NCBI GenBank assembly: GCA_001275005.1
Contig: JWZX01002833.1
Coordinates: 1-55,962 of the forward strand
DNA: 55,962 nt
Source: Chrysochromulina tobinii
Taxonomy: Eukaryota
Reading direction: 5' to 3'
Shown here: positions 21,098 to 31,016 of the stretch, in pieces
How positions within the stretch are numbered: the stretch's first letter is position 1
How the letters are laid out: the number at the start of each line of letters is the position of its first letter
The notes under the pieces: model-generated
What the model saw: only the letters and a program-made list of their open reading frames with translations
The model's database searches: none
What the model was told of the DNA's origin: nothing
Translations under genes and position numbers: made by a program

Positions 21098-22601
21098 ATG
21101 CCGATGCCCCAGATGGGGTATGCCGCGACGACTCCCAATTTTGCATCGTCGTCAATATTGCACCAGGGCAACCGCCCGGTCTGCATTCGCAAGTCTGAAG
21201 GCGATGAGAACTGTGTGACATCGAGGTTTGATCGGACGACCGTGCATCCAGTCGCACCGATCGAGTCGCTCGCGCCACTGATGGCCAACCTGTCGGTGGG
21301 CTCTTTGCTTCCGCTCCAACGAGAGGTGATCAGATACAATGAGACGCATGCGGCATTTGCGGTACCTCGGGGCATGCGCTTCCTTGGAGCTCACAACGTC
21401 TTCCACACACAAGCTGATCAACTGAACGAGGAGCTCGGCCGTGACGATGTTTGGCTGCCTGTCTCACACACCATGACGACGCAGCATCCGCTTCAAGTCG
21501 GCCTATGGTTTTTTTATATGCGCGGCTGCTCTGATTTCATGTGGAATGCTGGGCGCACACTACTCGCACTCAACAAGTGTGATGCTGTGATCGAGCTCGA
21601 GAGGCGAGCTCTGCAGGCTACCAGGGCAGCCGCCGTGGAGAGTGTGGCACGTAGGATCGTCGCGGCAGTGAACCAATCTACGTTTGATCAGGCATGGACT
21701 CCCTTTGAGAGGCGTATGTGCCCCACATCAGTGAACCAATCTTCGTTTGGGAGGCGGATGGGAGGCTGCACCCAGCTCCCCTTGAAGGAGGTCATGGACC
21801 TGCTCTCCAGTTGTGGTCGTGGTGACTTTGGAGATTGGCGCAAGAGTTCGAGCTCGCTAGGTACGCTCGAGCGTATTCAGGATGGTCGACAGATAGCCAT
21901 CAGAGTAATGGACTCGAATGCCCTCGACTACGTGAGCGCAGCCATTCTAGTCGACGAACTGAGCGTCCGCAGAGACGAGAGGCCGCTGGACACCATCCAG
22001 TTTGCCAATCGTTGTCAAGCACGAAACCCAAATGACCAACCCTTGATAGGCTACTGCGATGGCCACGTTGAGATATGGGACGGTGCGGCGCTCCCCTCCC
22101 AGCTTGGTTCGTATTGGCTGCGACTGTCGTTGCGGCTCGACGACTATTATCTGACTCTTGCCTCTCTTGTGCGCAGTCCGAAACCTTCGAACAGGTGCTC
22201 GAGAGCACATCGATTGGTTCCAAATGTTGAAGAGAAAGGAGCAGCCTGAGTGGCAATCGCCTGGGTCGCCTGGGTGGCAGCAACCGTATGCACGTCTCGA
22301 CGGCTCACCCTGTCCACTCTCTGAGCCGACATGGGCTTACTGCCTCGCGTGCGCACAGTCTCAGACTGAACGGGCATGTGCGTACAGGTGCGGCATGAAC
22401 GGCCATTTCATCAAAGGGGCGCCCGCGATTTACGGCAATATTCAGAGCAATAGTATGAGATTCTACGAGAGATACGGCGTGCGTGGTTTGACTCTTCGTT
22501 ACCAGGCAACATGGAATAAACTCCTCAACGCCGTGGAAGCGCGCTCTGGAGTCAAGCTCAAGGCTGGAGTGCATCAGAGATCCGTAGGCAAATACGAGTA
22601 G
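21098..22601 (+). CDS. Hypothetical protein; predicted intron 22083..22176 (start uncertain)
   Basis: ORF 21077..22249 joins ORF 22158..22601 in frame through a GTGCG...GCGCAG intron (EIWD-VRNL). No recognised domain. Confidence 0.55.
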
Positions 22602-22802
22602 AGAGTCTGTTCAAGTTCAAGTTAGACAGAGTGCGGAGAGTCTGGTGGCTGAACTGAACTGAACTGAACTGGTGGCTCGCTCCAACATGCACCCCAAACA
22701 TGACCAAAGCACCAAACCTTCAGACCAAAACTTGCTGCTGCCCGCATTCGGCATTGGGCCGCGACCGCAGATCCACCGCAGCGCCACAGCGCGCAGCCGA
22801 GT

Positions 22803-24107
22803 ATGCCTCCCAAGATGAAGGGCGCGGTGAAGCCGCCCAGCGGCACTTTGGACTCGCCGAAGAGCGCGCCCAAGGAATCGCCGAAGAGCGCGCCCAAGGA
22901 ATCTCCCAAGAGCGAAAAGAAAAAGGCCAAATTCAAGAAGGACTCGAAAAAGCAGGTGACAACTGCCGATGAGGGCGAGCGCACCGGTGACGGTCCAGGT
23001 GACACAGCACAGGTGGCACAGGTCGCACAGGTGGCTCTGGAGGCGCAGGAGGATCACATGGCGGCCGAGGCGGTCGAGGACACGGCTGCTGAGGCGGCAC
23101 GGCTCGCGGCCATCGAGGCGGACAAGCTTGCGGAGATCAAGCGCGCGGAGGCGGCCTCACGCGCGAGGCGCGAGGCTGAGATCAGGGCGGAAAAGGCGCG
23201 GCTACAAGGCATCGAAGATGGTAAAAAGTTCGCCAAAGCGCAGATTATCGCAGGGATGAAGATACAAGCGTGCCTCCGTGGCGCCCTAGTGCGCAAGCGC
23301 AACAGGCGCCAGAAGCGGCTGCGCCAGCTGCGAGATCCCGATGGATTCGACTGGTGCTGCGTCAACAAGCAGGGGAAGAATGCGCTCAAGGTGATGCTGG
23401 CGGAGCGCGAGAGGATGGCAGGATGCTCGAAGGCTCAACAAAAACAGCATCTGAAAATGATGCTGAATGATCCCGAGTTCCTCGAGACGAAAGTGACCAA
23501 GTATCTCGAAGAGCGGTACGCCACGGAGGAGCCCCCGGAGATTGCCGAGCTGCGACTGGCGGCGCAGAAGGCGGAGGCGGCCTTCCAGGAGATGCAGCGC
23601 GTGGCGGCCTTTAAGGCTGAGCAGGCGCGCCTGCAGAAAGAAATGAAGGCGGCCATGCCCGCCCGCAAGCGCGCGGATCTCACCTTTTCGTCGGGCAGTG
23701 CGGCCTCACTTGAGGAGGCGCGCGCGAACCTCGCGCATGTGCCGATCGAGCAGAAGCTGTCCACGGTCCCGCGATTGAATCTCGACAAGAGTGCCACGAT
23801 CATTCAATCGCGCAGCCGTGGCCAACTGGCTCGCCAGCAGACGTCGATGCTGATGCTGGAGAAGCGAGGGCCCCCTTCGGCGAGGGCTCCCAAGGTACCG
23901 CCGCCGGTCCCGCGATTGAATCTCGACAAGAGTGCCACGGTCATTCAAGCGCGCAGCCGTGGCAAACTGGCTCGCCAGCAGACGTCGATGCTGATGCTGG
24001 AGAAGCGAGGGCCGCCTTCGGCGAGGGAAAAGGTACCGCGCATCCACCTCAACTTCACGGTCATCGGCGACCACGTGTCGATCGACTGGGTTGTCGCCCT
24101 GGAGTGA
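22803..24107 (+). CDS. IQ-motif (calmodulin-binding) coiled-coil protein
   Basis: IQACLRGALVRK, IQSRSRGQLAR and IQARSRGKLAR. The last two lie in a 141-bp tandem duplication. Confidence 0.7.
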   Translation: MPPKMKGAVKPPSGTLDSPKSAPKESPKSAPKESPKSEKKKAKFKKDSKKQVTTADEGERTGDGPGDTAQVAQVAQVALEAQEDHMAAEAVEDTAAEAARLAAIEADKLAEIKRAEAASRARREAEIRAEKARLQGIEDGKKFAKAQIIAGMKIQACLRGALVRKRNRRQKRLRQLRDPDGFDWCCVNKQGKNALKVMLAERERMAGCSKAQQKQHLKMMLNDPEFLETKVTKYLEERYATEEPPEIAELRLAAQKAEAAFQEMQRVAAFKAEQARLQKEMKAAMPARKRADLTFSSGSAASLEEARANLAHVPIEQKLSTVPRLNLDKSATIIQSRSRGQLARQQTSMLMLEKRGPPSARAPKVPPPVPRLNLDKSATVIQARSRGKLARQQTSMLMLEKRGPPSAREKVPRIHLNFTVIGDHVSIDWVVALE

Positions 24108-24590
24108 ACGTCTCGTTAACGTCTCGTCTTCGTGTGAAATGGAGGTCGAGAGGCGTGTTGAGTGTTGTTCAAGATAGATGAAGAGAAATCATTACATGAA
24201 ATCTCGCGGACCCCTCGGTCCGTTCGTGTACGCCTACTGTGCGCTGGCGTGTGACCGTGGTGTGTGTATAATGCAACCAATTTTATTTTTTCATCCTCCG
24301 AGGCGACGGCCCCGCGACCGTCTCGGTGCGTGCTGGCAAGTCGAATGACGACGGCGGAAAAGCTCCACTTGTGACTTGAACATGCACTTGAAGCGCCAAC
24401 TATATTCGCGCTCACGTTCGTTCCCACCCAGACTTTCCGAATCGAATCCTCGACAAATCCCATATCCTACTCTCCTGGAGGCCCACGCCCCTCCTCAACA
24501 CTTCTAATCCTGCGCGACCTAGGCAGAAGGCGGCACGATAGCAGAACTCCTTTCACAGCCTTGGCCAACCGCACTTAGCAACGTCCCGCC

Positions 24591-25868
24591 ATGGCGCTCG
24601 TGCGACCACCTTCCGCTGCCGCTGCTCGCCCACAAAGCGGATCTCGGCCACAATCACGCTCTGGCACGGAGCTCTGGAAAGGTGCTGGCGATGCTGTCCG
24701 TGCGGTGTCACGCATTCGCACCACGCCCACTGCGGCCATCGTGCCCGTTCCTGGGTCCCAGCTGGTCTCTGATGCTGGCGGCAGTCTGGCCGAAGGCTCG
24801 CAGCTGACAGCACGCGGCAAGGCGTCCTCCGATCGGCGCGTGGCCGTGCTTGCACCGACGGATGCGGCTGCTCGCACCGCCGCCGCCGCCGAGGCCCGCC
24901 AGCTCGCTCTGTGCGCCGAGGCCTGCGCTCACGCTGCAAAGAAGGGCGATTCGGCGACGCTTCAAATGCTCATCCAGCGAGGGCCCAAGGGCGCTCACGA
25001 TTGGACGGACGAGAACATGGTCGCGCCGCTGCACATGGCTGCCTCATACGGCCATATGGCGTGCGCCGAGATCATCTGTAACGCCGGAGCCGCGCTCGAT
25101 CGACCCAACTGTTGGGGCTCGACAGCGCTCATCAACGCGGCGCACAATGCGCACTCGGGCGTCGTGAAACTGCTCATCCTCAATGGCGCCTCGGTCGCGC
25201 TTCGTGACAAGGACGGCACGGCGCTCGATAACGCTCTCCTGCGCATGACCAAGGCAGTGATGCGCATCGATGCGGCCACAGACAAGGACCATCCGAATAA
25301 GAAAGTACTCGAGAGCACCAAGGATGCACTCAACAAGCTCGCCCGCAATGCCAGTCGAGGCCCTCCGTTTTTCACGGCACTCACTGCTGCGATCGCGCCG
25401 CTCAAGCCGATGCTCGTGGCGGCCATCGCCGCCGCCGCCGCCGAGGACGACACCGCGCCGCCTCAAGTGAAGCCTCCGGACAAGAGCGAGGCGAACGGCA
25501 AGGGCGGCAAGGCCGGCAAGAAGGAGGACGCGCCCGAGGCGCCCGAGCCGGGCCGGGTCGCTGCGTACAAGGGATGCCTGAACTTCATCCAGATCATCGA
25601 AATGCTGCGCGACCCTGGGGCCGTGCGCAAGGCGGAGACGCTCGCGACTGGCATCGACCTCTTCAGCAAGGGCAAGGAGAGCACAGAGGCGGCGCAGCTC
25701 GACGGGCTGACGCAGCGCGTGGGGCGCATCCGCTCGGCTCTCGCGCTCGATGGAAGGCTCTCGCTGCCCGACGCCATTCAGGCCGCCAACCGGGCCATGG
25801 GCCTCGAGACCGAGGGCAGCCTACCCGAGCAGGTGCAGCGCCTCGTAGTCGCTCTGGGCGTTCAGTGA
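24591..25868 (+). CDS. Ankyrin-repeat protein
   Basis: APLHMAASYGHMACAEII; GSTALINAAHNAHSGVVKLLILNGA; DKDGTALD. Confidence 0.85.
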   Translation: MALVRPPSAAAARPQSGSRPQSRSGTELWKGAGDAVRAVSRIRTTPTAAIVPVPGSQLVSDAGGSLAEGSQLTARGKASSDRRVAVLAPTDAAARTAAAAEARQLALCAEACAHAAKKGDSATLQMLIQRGPKGAHDWTDENMVAPLHMAASYGHMACAEIICNAGAALDRPNCWGSTALINAAHNAHSGVVKLLILNGASVALRDKDGTALDNALLRMTKAVMRIDAATDKDHPNKKVLESTKDALNKLARNASRGPPFFTALTAAIAPLKPMLVAAIAAAAAEDDTAPPQVKPPDKSEANGKGGKAGKKEDAPEAPEPGRVAAYKGCLNFIQIIEMLRDPGAVRKAETLATGIDLFSKGKESTEAAQLDGLTQRVGRIRSALALDGRLSLPDAIQAANRAMGLETEGSLPEQVQRLVVALGVQ

Positions 25869-26144
25869 AATCGTATGAAATCATAATAATCCGAACGACA
25901 CCCGGGAACTGGCCCAGCGGGCTGGCGATACGTGAAGGCATCGTCATCCTCTCCCAACTGCTCCCACACAATGATCTCTGCTCGGCACATTGGGCAGGCA
26001 TTCTGCGGCACGCGACGTTCTTGCCTCCGGCCATGGGTCATGGAGTCCGAGAAGGCACCAACTCACAGTTGAAAAGGTCGTGCCTGTTTCGCGACGGACG
26101 GACGATCGGCATTGGCGCGTGAACATTGAGACCGTCTGAGGCTC

Positions 26145-26894
26145 ATGAACATGGAGAAGCCGCCAGCGCAGACGGGAGTCCTGCAGGGTGACCGCTTGTC
26201 GTGCCCCCACTGTGGCCGCTCCTTTGCAGTGACGCGATTCGATATGCACGTGCGCGTGTGCGCAAATGCGCTGCCGTTTCGTGAAAGCGTCAAGGCGCTC
26301 GATGAGTGTGGTCCGGCTCCTATGATTGGCGACAAAGGAGCCATCTCGGGCGCGTTTTGTGCCGAGTCTGTCCAGCCTGTGGCACGGACAATTTGCACGT
26401 TGTGCGGGCGACACTTCGCCAACGAGCGGCTGCCGACGCACAGACGGGTGTGCGCTCTTCAGTTGCCAAGCTTTCGTGCGCAGGTGGCCGCCGTTGAGGC
26501 GGTCGAACACGAGGATGAGGTGCTTTCGGCGCTCACGCAGCGGGCACTCTCTGCTGAGCGGCGGCTTGCTGAGGAGAGTGCTCTACGAGCCGAGGCTGAA
26601 CAACGCGCAGAGTTGGCCAAGGCAGCGTCTCGATCGATCGAGGCGGCGTACGACGTCCTCTCCGATGCCCTCGCGGAACGCGAGAAACGAGTTGCCGAAC
26701 TGAGCGGGCGAGCTGAGGCGGCCGAGCAGAAGGCCGAGGAGGCGCGCCGCAAAGCTGAGCTCGCCGAGGCGGGCGCGAAGTCGATCGAGGCGGCGTACGA
26801 CGTGATGGCCGAGGCACTCGCCAACGCGGAGAAGAAGATAGAGAAGCTCAGGGCTGAGCAGCTGCAACTGTCGCGACCGGCGGTTGCGGATTAA
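26145..26894 (+). CDS. C2HC zinc-finger protein with coiled-coil tail
   Basis: CPHCGRSF...MHVRVC and CTLCGRHF...THRRVC; duplicated SIEAAYDV coiled coil. Confidence 0.75.
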   Translation: MNMEKPPAQTGVLQGDRLSCPHCGRSFAVTRFDMHVRVCANALPFRESVKALDECGPAPMIGDKGAISGAFCAESVQPVARTICTLCGRHFANERLPTHRRVCALQLPSFRAQVAAVEAVEHEDEVLSALTQRALSAERRLAEESALRAEAEQRAELAKAASRSIEAAYDVLSDALAEREKRVAELSGRAEAAEQKAEEARRKAELAEAGAKSIEAAYDVMAEALANAEKKIEKLRAEQLQLSRPAVAD

Positions 26895-27028
26895 AGTTTG
26901 CGGAGCTTGTCTGGGTACCGTAGCTCTTACACCTTGCTCCTTGGCGCTACGCTCGGCTCTTCGGTATCGGCACGCACCTAGCAAGGGACGAGCGTCAGAT
27001 CTGACCACTCTTGCTGGACCCTACGTTT

Positions 27029-27078
27029 GTGCCCGTGTGTCCCGTGTGTGTCCCGGCTCCCCCGGTGTCTTTTTACCG
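27029..27078 (+). repeat. Copy of the gtgtgtcccggctcccccggtgtcttttt dispersed repeat
   Basis: Matches the copies at 20.8-20.96 kb, including the T tail followed by accgg. Confidence 0.85.
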
Positions 27079-27216
27079 GGTCTGACGAAACCCGACCGTG
27101 AACAATTCCCCGCCGATTCTTCCTTTTTGGGAAGGTGCCGAGTCTTTGGATTTCGCCCCAGCACACGACACGCGTCTCATCGCTTCTGCTGTCGGGGCGC
27201 GGAACAAAACCTAAGG

Positions 27217-30200
27217 ATGGGTTGCGGAGCGTCGACGAGTGCGGGGCAGAACCTGGGCAGAACGGCGAAAATCTACTCGCATGGCGACGAGGTCATCATT
27301 CAGCGTTTCGAAAGTCACGACCTGGCCGGCAGTAAGCTCAAGATCAGACAAGATAACTACGGCAGCCCCAAAAAGCAGTACGACGTTGAGCGCGCCATCT
27401 TCTGCGCGGAGCTTTGCAACCACGTCTACCTGGGCGATTCCATCTGGGCCTCAGCACGGTCGCAGCGGTTGAAGACGATCCGCGACAGCAAGAATTTCAG
27501 CTTTCCGTGTCGAGTCAATCTCGGGTATTACGCATCTGAAGGAAACAACCTGAAGGGACTGCTCGGGGTCGAGCTCCTCGGACCCGAGTTTGACAGCGGC
27601 GACGTCACCGATGACTGGCAGGCTACCGTCTGTCACGGCTACTTGACCCACGACGGCGTCTCCATGCAGGCCTTTCTGCTGCATGACCCGGTGGAGAAAG
27701 TCTTGTATGTCGTCTTCCGCGGCACCGAGGTGGACGCAAATTTCCAGGACGTCTACACCGACCTCGCTGGTTACACCGTCGCGTACGAAAAGGTCCCCGG
27801 CGCCCGGTGCCATGCCGGCTTCAGCAAATGCTGGGCCGCGCTCAAATCCGTGTGCGTCGAATCCGTCACCAAAGCCATCGACCTGCTTGACATCAAGCGC
27901 GTTACAGTCACAGGCCACTCGTTGGGCGGCTCCATAGCCACCATGTGCGCGCTCAGCCTCGCCCATCGAGTCCCTAAGCTCCAAGATCAGGGCCCAAACG
28001 GCCTCAGTGCGTCCGGCGTCTTCATGAGCGTCTTCACCTTCGGCCAGTGCGTTGTTGGCAACTCCGAATACCAAAAGGCGTACAACAAAGCCGTTCCCGT
28101 GCATTGGCTCCACCAGAACGATAAGGACCTCATCCCCCGGTTGCTGGTTATGACGGGTCTGTCCGGCTACAAGCACGTTGGCACGCGGATCTTCCTCGAC
28201 GAGGACTCAGTCATCATCGGGGCGACCCCAAAAGGTCTGAAGAGCGAGAAGGGCGACGGCGAAGGGGGTGATATGGAGTTCATCACGGATCACTCTATGA
28301 ATAACTATACTTGCCTCCTCCACCACGCCCTGGCCGTGCTCGCGATTCCGCCCGAAACGGTGGAACTGCTGCGAGCGGCTTGGACCCAAGCCGTCGAAGG
28401 GCAAGGCCCCGAGGTGAAGGCGCGCAATCGGCCCTTGTGCTATGTTCGCAAGCTGATGAAGCAACCGGGTGTCGAGTTGGAGCTGCCTGTGGAAGGGCAA
28501 GATGCACACATGCGCGGCGAGACACCCAACTGGAAAGCTCTCCACCAAGGCCTCGAGGCAGCAGGCATTCCCGAGCCGGTCATCAGAATGTGGCCCACGG
28601 ACTGGATGCTGGTGGCCAAGATGCGCGGCCGTAACTTAAACTTCGGCGAGTTCCTCAGCGCCTTGTTCCGGCTGCACTTTGATCCCGAGACGGCGCGGCG
28701 TGACGCGCACTTCGCCATAGCCCACCTATACAGCTGGTTTCTCCAGGCTGATGCCAATCTCGACGGCCTGTTGAGCTTGGCCGAGTGCGAGGCGGCGCTT
28801 TCCGCATCGCTGTCGGCGGCCTCGAATGACGCCAATAAGGGGACCATCACGGCGGCCCAGATCGAAGAGGAGTTCCACAAGTACGACGTCAACGCAGATC
28901 TCGGCCTCTCATTCCAGGAGCTGCTGCTGTGGGTCAAGGAACAGCCCGCATTTGGGGCGTTGCTTCGCTCCACGTCCATCTACGGCAAGAGTAGCATCCC
29001 GCCCCCTAACAACATGACGGCATCCTGCAAGGACCGTCCCAAGTTCAATTGCTACATCGGCCCCTGGATCAGCAAAAGCGGCGCCGTGCTCGCCAAAGAA
29101 GGCATCTACTCATCTAGGGCGACGTTCACGCCCGAAGCGGTCGAGGCCAAGGTGTGGTTTGGCGTCGGCGAGGAGAGCTTCGTGTACCCTGAGATGCGGG
29201 AAGACGAAGATGGGCTTGCCTCTCTAAAGACCAAGCCTGACCTCGCTGTGTGCTTCAGCGGCGGCGGCTTCCGCGCATGCACCAACGCCCTTGGCTGGGC
29301 CCGCGCTCTCCACGAAATGGGCATCATGCCGAAGGCACGCTACCTCTGCAGCAACAGTGGCGGCAGCTGGTTCAACACCGCATTCTCGTATCAGGACTGC
29401 GTGAGCAACAGCACGTTCCTCGGGCCCGCCATCCCGCCCGAGCAGCTTACACTCGCCAGGTGCAAGAACCTCGCCCCCGGCTCGTTTGGGAAGGTCATCG
29501 CCAACGCCCCCTTCAAGAAACTGCTGTTTCTCAAGGCGCTCCAAGACCTCGTTAAAGTGGACATCTTCGGCAAAGAGGACCCTCATGAGATCCGCGCCTG
29601 GTCCAAAAGTGTGGGGGATTGCTTTTTTGAGGCCTACGGCTTGAACGACCATGATGCCACCTATGCGCTCGCCGGCGCCGCTGCAGCCAAAGTCTCGAAG
29701 ATGCTGGGTGCAAAGGTCAAAGTGCACACCGCGTGCGGCAGCCCTGTCATGCCGTTCCCCGTGATCGTCGGCTCCATTGCCGCTCCCAACGACCCCAAAT
29801 GCTTCTACACGTGCGAATTCACGCCGCAGTACTTCGGCGTGCCGACGGCGGACATCGCTGACAGCCCGGCGATGGCACATATCGGGGGCGTGCTGGTAGA
29901 GCCAGTGGGGGCCAATAGCGTACCCAAGGGCCCACCACCGGCGGACACCGTGGCAGGTGGGGCGCCCGTGACGGTGGAGCTCGAGTCCAAAGGCATTGTA
30001 CCGCTTGTACAGGCGGCCGGCATCAGCTCGGGCTACATCGCGCAGATGATGGCCGACCCGTCGAAGAAGCGGATGTGGGAAGCGCTCGGATGTGAAGAAC
30101 TCCACTACTGGGCCGGCAAGGACTTTGTGAGCAAGGGAAGGCCCTTTGCCGACGGCGGCTCCCTCGACAATCTAGCAATCTTCCCGGCGCTGCGCCGCGG

Positions 30201-30738
30201 TACCCGGCTACTACTTGTGTGCCAGTCCGCCTCGTCACCCATCCAGGACGATGCTGCCTCGTGGGCCGCGTGGGCTTACGACGTTGCCGGCTACTTTGGC
30301 GCCATTCCGGAGGGGAAGGGTCCGAAGATGGGCCAGGGGGAGATGGCTGCAGGGTTGGTGAACAAGATTTGCCAGGTTTTCGAGCCGGCTCGCCACACCG
30401 AGCTTCACGCAGCTCTGTTGGCCAAGCAGAAGGCCGGGGATCCCGTGGCGGCGCGGCTGAAAGGCCTCAAGGTGCTCGCAAACCCTACCCAGGGCATCGT
30501 GGGTGGCTACGAAGTGGAGGTACTGTTTGTGGTGACGTGCAAACCCATGGCGTTTGTCAACGCGCTCCCCAAGGAGACGAAGGAGTGGCTCGACGACGAG
30601 AAGCGCTCGGAAAAGTGCCCCTTCGTCTCCACCATGAAGCTTGACTACGACGAGGAGCTCGTCGCAGTACTCTCGCAGATGGCGACACATGTCATGAAGG
30701 CCCTCGAGCCCGAGGTGAAGGCCCTGCTTGCGTCCTGA
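27217..30738 (+). CDS. Acylated lipase class 3 + EF-hand + cPLA2/lysophospholipase-type fusion protein
   Basis: MGCGAS start; YVVFRGT, HAGF, VTGHSLGG, FTFGQ, DLIP, YKHVG, DHSM; EF-hand-like loops DANLDGLLSLAE and DVNADLGLSFQE; FSGGGFRA, SNSGGSW, FADGG. Confidence 0.85.
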   Translation: MGCGASTSAGQNLGRTAKIYSHGDEVIIQRFESHDLAGSKLKIRQDNYGSPKKQYDVERAIFCAELCNHVYLGDSIWASARSQRLKTIRDSKNFSFPCRVNLGYYASEGNNLKGLLGVELLGPEFDSGDVTDDWQATVCHGYLTHDGVSMQAFLLHDPVEKVLYVVFRGTEVDANFQDVYTDLAGYTVAYEKVPGARCHAGFSKCWAALKSVCVESVTKAIDLLDIKRVTVTGHSLGGSIATMCALSLAHRVPKLQDQGPNGLSASGVFMSVFTFGQCVVGNSEYQKAYNKAVPVHWLHQNDKDLIPRLLVMTGLSGYKHVGTRIFLDEDSVIIGATPKGLKSEKGDGEGGDMEFITDHSMNNYTCLLHHALAVLAIPPETVELLRAAWTQAVEGQGPEVKARNRPLCYVRKLMKQPGVELELPVEGQDAHMRGETPNWKALHQGLEAAGIPEPVIRMWPTDWMLVAKMRGRNLNFGEFLSALFRLHFDPETARRDAHFAIAHLYSWFLQADANLDGLLSLAECEAALSASLSAASNDANKGTITAAQIEEEFHKYDVNADLGLSFQELLLWVKEQPAFGALLRSTSIYGKSSIPPPNNMTASCKDRPKFNCYIGPWISKSGAVLAKEGIYSSRATFTPEAVEAKVWFGVGEESFVYPEMREDEDGLASLKTKPDLAVCFSGGGFRACTNALGWARALHEMGIMPKARYLCSNSGGSWFNTAFSYQDCVSNSTFLGPAIPPEQLTLARCKNLAPGSFGKVIANAPFKKLLFLKALQDLVKVDIFGKEDPHEIRAWSKSVGDCFFEAYGLNDHDATYALAGAAAAKVSKMLGAKVKVHTACGSPVMPFPVIVGSIAAPNDPKCFYTCEFTPQYFGVPTADIADSPAMAHIGGVLVEPVGANSVPKGPPPADTVAGGAPVTVELESKGIVPLVQAAGISSGYIAQMMADPSKKRMWEALGCEELHYWAGKDFVSKGRPFADGGSLDNLAIFPALRRGTRLLLVCQSASSPIQDDAASWAAWAYDVAGYFGAIPEGKGPKMGQGEMAAGLVNKICQVFEPARHTELHAALLAKQKAGDPVAARLKGLKVLANPTQGIVGGYEVEVLFVVTCKPMAFVNALPKETKEWLDDEKRSEKCPFVSTMKLDYDEELVAVLSQMATHVMKALEPEVKALLAS

Positions 30739-31016
30739 GTTCAACCCAAGACCTCATGCGGCACGGAAGTGGAGGACCAAACTCATGCAGTGATCTTGTT
30801 GCAAGGGGTTGCGGGCATAGTCACTCAGTTCGGGTGCGGGTCTTGGCCCGGGGGGTGTGCACTAGCAACTATAGGTTCACGCTGCAACCGCTGGACCAGC
30901 ATGTTGGACGCCATGAGGAGGTTAAACGAGCAGCAAAAGTGCGCAGTACCATGCCTTTCACAACCAATTCACACCCGCGTGGATCTCGCCTCTTTCTTTG
31001 GCGCCCTCTTATCGAT

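Noticed and set aside
20409..21218. 269-aa ORF across the repeat cluster
   Set aside because: It is a translation of dispersed repeats and the GGTACC microsatellite.
23764..24026. 141-bp IQ duplication as a mobile insertion
   Set aside because: An ordinary in-frame intragenic tandem duplication.
26884..27216. N-terminal extension of the lipase ORF
   Set aside because: Non-ATG start running through a dispersed repeat; MGCGAS at 27217 is the better start.
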